A stretch of 64,000 nt of DNA. Source: an uncultured bacterium (GTDB taxonomy: Bacteria > Patescibacteriota > Minisyncoccia > Phycocordibacterales > Zambryskibacteraceae). The notes below the pieces were generated by a model, which was not told where the DNA came from, ran no database searches, and worked only from the letters and a program-made list of their open reading frames with translations. This document shows, piece by piece, positions 57,036 through 64,000 of this stretch (position 1 is its first letter; the number at the start of each line of letters is the position of its first letter). Made by a program: the position numbers and the translations under genes. The stretch covers positions 2,372 through 66,371 of the forward strand of contig CAWBLF010000003.1 of NCBI GenBank assembly GCA_963789635.1. The letters are read 5' to 3'.

Positions 57036-57386
57036 ATGTATACATATATAGAACAATTGAGAAGAAGTCCTGAAAGTCGAAAGCGTCGTTTCACCCTTGT
57101 GGCGACTAGTGTAATAACCGGAGGAATTTTTCTTGTATGGATTTCAGTGCTTTTTCCGCAAAACATTTCCACTGTGATAGCCGAAAACAATCAGGCGCAA
57201 GTGCCAGAAGAGGTCACTCCAGTTCAAACGCTCCAAAATTCGGTAGCGCAAGTGTATACAGCAATCCAATCTCTTTTTGGAAACACGGTAAAAACCGTAT
57301 CCGATGTCAATTTGCAAGATCAGTATTCAAAAATCAAAGACCAGGTGCAGAACGGGCAAATTCAGTTGACTCCTCAGAATCCGTAA
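57036..57386 (+). CDS. Hypothetical membrane-anchored protein
   Basis: 116-aa ORF with one TM helix. No motif recognised. Confidence 0.4.
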   Translation: MYTYIEQLRRSPESRKRRFTLVATSVITGGIFLVWISVLFPQNISTVIAENNQAQVPEEVTPVQTLQNSVAQVYTAIQSLFGNTVKTVSDVNLQDQYSKIKDQVQNGQIQLTPQNP

Positions 57387-57389
57387 ACT

Positions 57390-59861
57390 ATGGCTAAACA
57401 AAAAACTCCAGAAGAAAAAGATTCTCCTATTGTTCCGCGTGTCAGCGTGCTTCGCCGCAGTATCGTCACCGAAATGAAGGAGTCATTTATAGACTATGCT
57501 ATGTCGGTCATTACTGACCGAGCGCTTCCTGATGTGCGGGATGGATTGAAGCCAGTTCATCGCAGGATCCTTTTCTCCATGAACCAGATGGGACTGACAG
57601 CAAGTGCCAAATTTCGCAAATCGGCAACTGTAGTCGGAGACGTGCTCGGAAGTTATCACCCGCATGGCGACGCATCCGTATATGAGGCAATGGTAAAGCT
57701 TGCGCAGGATTTTTCCACCCGTTATCCGCTTGTTATCGGCCAGGGAAACTTCGGCTCAATAGACGGAGACAACGCTGCCGCTTACCGATACACCGAAGCA
57801 AAAATGTCACGAATTACCAGCGAGCTTCTGCGTGATATAGAAAAGGAAACCGTAGACACACGACCAAATTACGACGGCACCAAACAAGAGCCAGTCGTTC
57901 TTCCTTCAGCCGTTCCGAATTTACTTTTAAACGGTACTTTGGGTATCGCCGTTGGTATGGCCACAAACATTCCTCCTCACAATCTTCGTGAGGTGGCCGA
58001 TGCCGTATCTTTTCTTGTAGATAATGAAGATGCCACTACGGAAGATTTGTTGCAGTTTATCAAGGGCCCAGATTTTCCGACTGGCGGAATAGTTTTTAAC
58101 CAAAAAGACATCAATCACGCTTACGCTACCGGTCGTGGCGGGGTAGTCACTCGTGGGGTTGCCGAAATCAGCGAAACAAAACTTGGGGCATTTCAGATTA
58201 TCATTACAGAGATTCCATACCGCGTAAATAAAGCTGTCTTACTTGAACGCATTGCCGAACTTGTTCACGATAAGAAAATTGACGGAATTAAAGCATTGCG
58301 TGACGAATCGGCAAAGGACATTCGTATTGTTATTGATCTTAAAAACGGCAGCCAACCTCAAAAAATTCTTAATACTCTTTATAAACACACCCAACTGGAA
58401 GAGACTTTTCATTACAATTTGGTCGCTCTTGTTGGCGGTGTACCGCAAACGCTTTCACTCAAAACGATTCTTGAACAGTTTGTGGCGCATCGTAAAATTG
58501 TTATTCGTCGAAGAACAGAATTTGATTTGCGCAAGGCGGAGGAGCGTGAACATATTTTGCTAGGTTTAAAGAAAGCGCTAGATCACATAGACGCCATCAT
58601 TAAGCTCATCAGAGCTTCTAAAACGGTCACGGATGCTCATGCCAACCTTGTAAAAACTTTTAAGTTTTCACCCATTCAAGCAACGGCTATTCTTGAAATG
58701 CGTTTACAGAAACTGGCCGGTTTGGAGCGCCAAAAAGTGGAAGATGATTTGAAAGATGTCCAAGCTTTGATAGAAGAACTCAAAGGCATTCTCGGCAGTG
58801 CAAAGAAAATAATATCGATTATCAAAAAGGAAATGGCGGAAATTCAGGAAAAATACGGAGATGACAGGAGGACTAAAGTTGTCAAAGGAGGCGCGCAGGT
58901 ATTTTCTGTCGAGGACTTGATTGCCGATGAAGAACAAGCCCTCGTTCTAACTGCCGGAGGATACATAAAGAGGACCAATCCAGCCGAATACAAAGCTCAA
59001 AAACGTGGAGGTGTGGGGGTGGTCGATCTAGACACAAAGGAAGAAGATTTTGTCACTCATTTTTTGACAGCGTCCACTCATAGCGATTTACTGTTTTTCA
59101 CCGATAAAGGTAAAGTTTATCAAATAAAGATGTATGACATTGCCGAGGGCAAACGGGCTACCCGTGGCAAATCAATTATGAATTTCATTTCTCTCGGAAG
59201 CGAAGAGAAAATTACTTCCATACTCCCGGTGCCAAAGCAGGAGAAAGGAAAAGAGGGGAGCTCCCTCATTATGGTTACTCGAAACGGAGTGGGCAAACGC
59301 GTCGCGGCAAAAAGTTTTGCAGACGTGCGTTCTTCGGGAATTATTGCCATTAGACTTTCTCCGGACGACCTGCTTGTTTCGGTGTCGCTCGTTGAGGCAG
59401 GTGACACTGTTTCGGTAGTTTCTTCGAAGGGTCAATCTATTAGATTTAAAGAAAGTGATGTGCGCGAAATGGGTAGAAACGCCGGTGGAGTGCGCCTGAT
59501 TAAACTCAGTAAAAATGATTTCGTCATTGGGGCGCAAGTGGCCAAGAAAGGGGCATCCAAGCCTATGCTACTGGCTGTTTATCAAAATGGTTACGGCAAA
59601 AAGACTGACCTTGAAGAATACAAAGTGCAGAATCGTGGCGGGTCGGGCATAAAGACCGGCAATGTCACCGCTAAAACCGGTTCGGTCATTGCCTCGGCGA
59701 TTTTGACTCAAACCGAAGAAGAAATAGTGGCAATTTCCAAGAAAGGTCAAGTTATCCGCACCTCAATAAACGAAATTCCGGAACTTGGTCGCCAGACACA
59801 AGGTGTGCGAATCATGAAGCTTCGAGAAGGTGACAATCTGGCCTCAGTCATTTGTTTTTAA
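57390..59861 (+). CDS. gyrA: DNA gyrase subunit A
   Basis: [16 protein letters not shown], the catalytic Tyr region AAYRYTEAK, and a C-terminal beta-pinwheel domain containing a GyrA-box-like QNRGGSG. Confidence 0.95.
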   Translation: MAKQKTPEEKDSPIVPRVSVLRRSIVTEMKESFIDYAMSVITDRALPDVRDGLKPVHRRILFSMNQMGLTASAKFRKSATVVGDVLGSYHPHGDASVYEAMVKLAQDFSTRYPLVIGQGNFGSIDGDNAAAYRYTEAKMSRITSELLRDIEKETVDTRPNYDGTKQEPVVLPSAVPNLLLNGTLGIAVGMATNIPPHNLREVADAVSFLVDNEDATTEDLLQFIKGPDFPTGGIVFNQKDINHAYATGRGGVVTRGVAEISETKLGAFQIIITEIPYRVNKAVLLERIAELVHDKKIDGIKALRDESAKDIRIVIDLKNGSQPQKILNTLYKHTQLEETFHYNLVALVGGVPQTLSLKTILEQFVAHRKIVIRRRTEFDLRKAEEREHILLGLKKALDHIDAIIKLIRASKTVTDAHANLVKTFKFSPIQATAILEMRLQKLAGLERQKVEDDLKDVQALIEELKGILGSAKKIISIIKKEMAEIQEKYGDDRRTKVVKGGAQVFSVEDLIADEEQALVLTAGGYIKRTNPAEYKAQKRGGVGVVDLDTKEEDFVTHFLTASTHSDLLFFTDKGKVYQIKMYDIAEGKRATRGKSIMNFISLGSEEKITSILPVPKQEKGKEGSSLIMVTRNGVGKRVAAKSFADVRSSGIIAIRLSPDDLLVSVSLVEAGDTVSVVSSKGQSIRFKESDVREMGRNAGGVRLIKLSKNDFVIGAQVAKKGASKPMLLAVYQNGYGKKTDLEEYKVQNRGGSGIKTGNVTAKTGSVIASAILTQTEEEIVAISKKGQVIRTSINEIPELGRQTQGVRIMKLREGDNLASVICF

Positions 59862-59862
59862 C

Positions 59863-60477
59863 ATGAGTGCAATAAAGTTTTCACCAAAAAAAGCATCAAT
59901 AATCGTGGATGCTTTTTTGATTTTGCTTTACGTTTTGTTTATATACTCGCAAATTTCTGCCTTCCTAACTTTTCATATATGGAGTTTACTTGTCTTTGTG
60001 CTTTCCGAAACTATTGTTGTTTTACTTTTCTTTTTTCGTTCCAAAGCTCAGATACTTTCTGACGACGTAGAAGATTACGTAGTCGCCGTAGCAGCCACAC
60101 TTTCAGCGCTCTTATTTCGCCCTTTTGTCGGCTCTCATATCATGGCTGGTGATCTGTTGGTATTACTGGGAATTGTTCTCCAGGTGGCATCACTTATTTC
60201 TTTGAACACAAGTTTTGGAGTTGCTCCAGCCAATCGGGGAGTAAAAACGACAGGGCTGTACAAGTTTGTGCGTCATCCCATATACGCAAGTTATCTTGTC
60301 TTATACATAGGTTATGTTTTAAATAATCAGACATTAGAAAATTTGCTTATATTTGTTTTTGCCATGAGTTTGCAAATTTGGCGCATAGAAAACGAAGAGA
60401 GGTTGTTGTCAAAAAGCCCTGAATACGAAAGCTATATGAGCAAGACGCGTTGGAAACTTATTCCTGGTGTGTTTTGA
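59863..60477 (+). CDS. Isoprenylcysteine carboxyl methyltransferase (ICMT/PEMT) family membrane protein
   Basis: GLYKFVRHPIYASYLVLYIG motif in a polytopic protein. ATG at 59863 avoids overlap with gyrA. Confidence 0.7.
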   Translation: MSAIKFSPKKASIIVDAFLILLYVLFIYSQISAFLTFHIWSLLVFVLSETIVVLLFFFRSKAQILSDDVEDYVVAVAATLSALLFRPFVGSHIMAGDLLVLLGIVLQVASLISLNTSFGVAPANRGVKTTGLYKFVRHPIYASYLVLYIGYVLNNQTLENLLIFVFAMSLQIWRIENEERLLSKSPEYESYMSKTRWKLIPGVF

Positions 60478-60605
60478 ATATCGGTTTCTACAGGTTGAAA
60501 GATGTGCCTATTCGTCAGTCTCATTGCGCGTTATAATAAAATAGGCAATTTGATGCAGAAGTGATTTTTTTATGGGAATGCATTATTTGTCATAAAAAAT
60601 TTAAA

Positions 60606-61133
60606 ATGTTTTCCGACCCGATAAAAAACGTTGAACAATTGGGAATTAAACCCGGCTCTATCGTGGCAGACTTTGGTTCCGGATCCGGGCATTACACAAT
60701 AGCTGCCGCAAAAGTAGTAGGTGATACTGGCAGGATATATTCCATAGATATCCAAAAGGATATTGCCACAAAGGTAAAAAATGAAGCAAATAAGCTTGGT
60801 ATTTTTCATGTTGAGGCAGTCTGGGGAGACGTAGAAAAGGTCGGTGGCACAAAGCTTCGTGATGCCTCCGTAGACGATGTCATTATTTCCAATCTTATGT
60901 TTCAGGTTGAGGACAAAGTTTCCACAGCAAAAGAGGCTTTCAGAATTTTGAAACCGCAAGGAAGGTTGCTGTTTGTTGATTGGAGCGAGTCTTTTGGCGG
61001 CATCGGTCCACATCCTGAATCGGTTTTTTCACACGAAAAAGCGCTCGAGCTTTTTCCAAGCACGGGATTCGTTTTGGATCACGAGATAGACGCCGGGTCG
61101 CACCATTACGGCATAGTTTATAAAAAGCCCTAA
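60606..61133 (+). CDS. Class I SAM-dependent methyltransferase
   Basis: SAM-binding motif I VADFGSGSGHY and a post-I acidic residue. Confidence 0.7.
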   Translation: MFSDPIKNVEQLGIKPGSIVADFGSGSGHYTIAAAKVVGDTGRIYSIDIQKDIATKVKNEANKLGIFHVEAVWGDVEKVGGTKLRDASVDDVIISNLMFQVEDKVSTAKEAFRILKPQGRLLFVDWSESFGGIGPHPESVFSHEKALELFPSTGFVLDHEIDAGSHHYGIVYKKP

Positions 61134-61282
61134 TATTTTGTACTAAATATGATCAATTCAGCAGTAGAAAACGATACTGAATAAGGTGTAGAATGATTGG
61201 AGACAGCCATATGTCGAACTTAATAATAAAATTTAATAATGAAAGGTCACTCTCATAGAGTGATTTCATTTTCCACTTCAGG

Positions 61283-62581
61283 ATGTCCAAGTTCCAAACA
61301 ATTTTGATAGGAGTATTCATAGCTTTTATGCTCATTGGCGTTATCGTTTTTTCTTTTTCCAAGGGAAGTTCCAAGGCTGCTGTCCCGATAATCGTTTGGG
61401 GTACCGTACCGTATGACGTATTTAGCACGGCCTTCAATCAAACAGCTTTTTCAAAAGACAAAACCATTTCAATAACTTATGTGCAAAAAGATCCTACCAC
61501 CTTCGACAATGATTTTTTAAACGCCTTGGCTATAGGGAAGGGACCTGACGTAGTTTTACTTCCGCAAGAGGAAATATTCAAAAACCAAGCAAAGCTTTTT
61601 ACAATTCCGTATACGGCATACTCCCAACGTGACTATTTGAATACGTATACGGAGGAAGGTGGTCTGTTTCTCGGGGCCAACGGAACTTTGGCGCTACCTG
61701 TTCTTGTCGACCCGCTGGTCATGTATTGGAATCGGGACATTTTCAACTCGGCAGCGATTCCTACTCCACCTTCATTTTGGGATCAGTTTTATAGTCTGGC
61801 TAGTTCTTTGACGGTAAAGGATGGTGCTTTCAATATTACCCAGGCGGCGGTGGCCCTTGGAGGATACAGCAATGTGACAAACGCCAAAGACATTATATCG
61901 GCACTTCTTTTGCAAGCCGGCACCCCGATAGTCGCCGCGCAATCAAACGGTGTTCTGACCAGTGTTTTGACTCAGGATTTTGGTTTGTCGGTGTCGCCGG
62001 CTGTTGCGGCAACAACCTTTTATACTGAATTTTCAAATCCGGCCAAAACAGATTATTCTTGGAATCGTTCGTTACCGAATTCACAAGATATGTTCACGGC
62101 CGGGAATTTGGCCATTTATTTTGGATTTGCCTCTGAACTAAACGTTTTACGACAAAAAAATCCAAATTTAAATTTTGATGTATTACCTTTGCCTCAATCC
62201 AGGACTTCGCAAAAAAAGGTTACTTTCGGTCGCATGCTGGCGTTTGCCATCGTTAAAAATTCTATAAAAATTAGTTCTGCGTATACCGCTGTTGTCGGTC
62301 TTACCTCCGCTGACAGTGCGGCTTCATTTTCCAAAACATTGGGAATACCCCCGGCTCGTCTAGATCTTTTGGCGATTGCGCCAAAAGACGCATACTCAAC
62401 AGTTTTTTATCAAAGTGCACTACAGTCTATGGGCTGGCTTGATATGGACAGTGTCCAAACTGGTTCAATCTTTCAAAATATGATTGAAAACATAACAAGT
62501 GGCAAGGCCACGGAACAGGCGGCTCTTGCTCAAGCTGACAACCAGCTGAAGGGGGTTGTCAGTTCATCTGCTCAACAGTAA
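61283..62581 (+). CDS. Extracellular solute-binding protein (ABC-type), membrane-anchored
   Basis: N-terminal TM anchor and a ~400-aa periplasmic-binding-protein-like domain pattern. No permease or ATPase gene is adjacent in the window. Confidence 0.6.
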   Translation: MSKFQTILIGVFIAFMLIGVIVFSFSKGSSKAAVPIIVWGTVPYDVFSTAFNQTAFSKDKTISITYVQKDPTTFDNDFLNALAIGKGPDVVLLPQEEIFKNQAKLFTIPYTAYSQRDYLNTYTEEGGLFLGANGTLALPVLVDPLVMYWNRDIFNSAAIPTPPSFWDQFYSLASSLTVKDGAFNITQAAVALGGYSNVTNAKDIISALLLQAGTPIVAAQSNGVLTSVLTQDFGLSVSPAVAATTFYTEFSNPAKTDYSWNRSLPNSQDMFTAGNLAIYFGFASELNVLRQKNPNLNFDVLPLPQSRTSQKKVTFGRMLAFAIVKNSIKISSAYTAVVGLTSADSAASFSKTLGIPPARLDLLAIAPKDAYSTVFYQSALQSMGWLDMDSVQTGSIFQNMIENITSGKATEQAALAQADNQLKGVVSSSAQQ

Positions 62582-62607
62582 GTTTGAAAAACTATTTTAT
62601 ATAAATT

Positions 62608-63060
62608 ATGCGACGGGCATCAAACATCGATATCAAAATTAGAAAAATTTCAATTCACTTTTTTGTTTTGGCAATTTTGGTTTTACCGGTATTCGTTCAA
62701 ACTCAAGCGTCCACTCAAAATCCGCCCCCTCCTCCCAATACAAATCTTATAGTGTGCAACACGCAGTTTAATTCCAGTAGTGGCGCCTTTAATGACCCGT
62801 GCACTTTTAATTCGCTTCTGACTCTCGCTAAAAATTTAATTAATTTCCTCATATATATAGCTATACCTTTGGTGGCATTTACTTTTGCATGGGCAGGATT
62901 CAAAATTTTGACCTCAGGTGGTAATACATCAAGAATGGAAGAAGGGAAAAAAATTCTTGAAAAAGTTGCCTACGGCTTACTTTTCCTATTGGCCGCATGG
63001 CTTATTGTCAACGTGCTTCTTTCATCGCTACTCAATACCGGGTATTCACTCTTGGGGTAA
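62608..63060 (+). CDS. Small secreted/membrane protein resembling the CPR-type type IV secretion pilin family
   Basis: Signal peptide, variable region, then two C-terminal TM helices separated by a short charged loop (..FKILTSGGNTSRMEEGKKIL..). Confidence 0.5.
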   Translation: MRRASNIDIKIRKISIHFFVLAILVLPVFVQTQASTQNPPPPPNTNLIVCNTQFNSSSGAFNDPCTFNSLLTLAKNLINFLIYIAIPLVAFTFAWAGFKILTSGGNTSRMEEGKKILEKVAYGLLFLLAAWLIVNVLLSSLLNTGYSLLG

Positions 63061-63080
63061 TCATGATATAATTTTGAGGT

Positions 63081-63638
63081 ATGGTAAATAAAAAAATCAC
63101 CGTAAACGTCGCAGTCTTCACCCTCATCGCCGTTATCCCTCTATCTTCCTTTCTTTTCGGAAGTCATAGGGTTTTAGCCCAGAACCCTGCCGGATGGTAT
63201 TACTTATCAAATGATACTCCTTGTTCAACGGCTGATCAGAATACTTCTCTTTGCTATTACTGGGATGGAACACAACCAACTTCTGGCCCAGGAACTACCG
63301 TAAACAATCCGCCAGCTAACGGGTCAAACACGGTCATAAATAATCCTGCCTCTTCTCCTGTAACGCTGTCTATTCCAAATCCGCTTAAGGGATCAAACAC
63401 ACTTTACGGTTTTATCAGTGATGTCATCAACGGTGTGGTCATTCCAATCGGTGGGGTATTGGCTGTTCTTTACATTATATATTCCGGTTTTCTTATGGTG
63501 ACCGCGCGGGGCAATGAAGACCAAATCAAAAAAGGAAGAGATGCGTTTACTCATGCCGCCATCGGGACAGCTATTCTTCTGGGTGCTTGGGTCATCGCCA
63601 CAGTGATTGAAAACACTATTAAAAGTCTCACCGGATAA
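63081..63638 (+). CDS. Paralogue of 62608-63060 (pilin-like two-TM C-terminus)
   Basis: Same architecture, with loop ..FLMVTARGNEDQIKKGRDAF.. between two TM helices. Confidence 0.5.
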   Translation: MVNKKITVNVAVFTLIAVIPLSSFLFGSHRVLAQNPAGWYYLSNDTPCSTADQNTSLCYYWDGTQPTSGPGTTVNNPPANGSNTVINNPASSPVTLSIPNPLKGSNTLYGFISDVINGVVIPIGGVLAVLYIIYSGFLMVTARGNEDQIKKGRDAFTHAAIGTAILLGAWVIATVIENTIKSLTG

Positions 63639-63641
63639 TTT

Positions 63642-64000
63642 ATGCGTAATCTTTCCGCCACATTTCTTATCATTATCCTTCTTTCAATGATGGCACCAAT
63701 GCCGGTTATGGGTGCTGGTTGCGCAGGGGAATTGGTGACGCCTCCCACTACCATCACCCAGACATTATGTTTGGGCATGTCCCTGATACAGTCGATAATT
63801 CCGATTATCATAGCCGCGACATTATTGGCATTTATATTTGGACTTATAAAGTTTATTCGCGCTTCCGGCGACGCCAAGGCTATCACAGAGGGTAAAAGTT
63901 TTATGATCTGGGGAGTTATTGCTCTCTTTGTGATGCTTTCAATCTGGGGGATTCTCAATCTTTTTTACAGCGATTTTTTTGGTGGGTCTGTAGGTATTCC
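63642..64000 (+). CDS. Third pilin-like paralogue, truncated by the window end
   Basis: My own translation from ATG 63642: MRNLSATFLIIILLSMMAPMPVMG..., then ..FIRASGDAKAITEGKSFMIWGVIALFV.. The frame stays open to the window end. Confidence 0.45.
   Translation, partial: MRNLSATFLIIILLSMMAPMPVMGAGCAGELVTPPTTITQTLCLGMSLIQSIIPIIIAATLLAFIFGLIKFIRASGDAKAITEGKSFMIWGVIALFVMLSIWGILNLFYSDFFGGSVGI

Overview
This 64-kb chromosomal segment looks, from gene content and protein motifs alone, like a small-genome, AT-leaning Patescibacteria/CPR-type bacterium (inference). All product names come from motif recognition by eye, not database searches. (1) Positions 1-12083 form a very large imperfect fold-back palindrome. 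The right arm is intact (truncated rplT, rpmI, infC, ccdA, thioredoxin-like, cls, DUF1761, hypothetical, csp, smpB, frameshifted GIY-YIG). In the mirror-image left arm every gene is a frameshifted pseudogene. The hinge lies inside rplT. (2) 12.3-22.8 kb holds tmRNA, ftsH, several tRNAs, a GH18 enzyme, a methyltransferase and recG. recG carries an in-frame GxxExxY/PD-(D/E)xK-like module bounded by inverted repeats. (3) 22.7-36.1 kb holds comF and a complete CPR/Gram-positive-style type IV pilus locus: pilM-N-O, pilB, a receiver, pilT, pilC, three major-pilin paralogues, pilD and minor pilins. (4) The rest is housekeeping genes (ligA, gatC-gatA, prfB, trxB, ftsZ, ftsA, ybeY, rpsU, lepB, pth, rpsA, gyrA), a tRNA island at 40.9-42.6 kb, and three tandem small pilin-like membrane proteins at the right edge. 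The most unusual signals are: the decayed palindrome; four ~140-180-nt elements bracketed by 16-17-nt duplications of tRNA/tmRNA termini with a shared GC-rich core; a tRNA-Ile(UAU) gene split in its anticodon loop by an insert carrying a second complete tRNA-Ile(UAU); tandem arrays whose units each begin with a tRNA 5' end; and five genes broken or fused by single-nucleotide indels. I saw no CRISPR array, rRNA, transposase or integrase gene.
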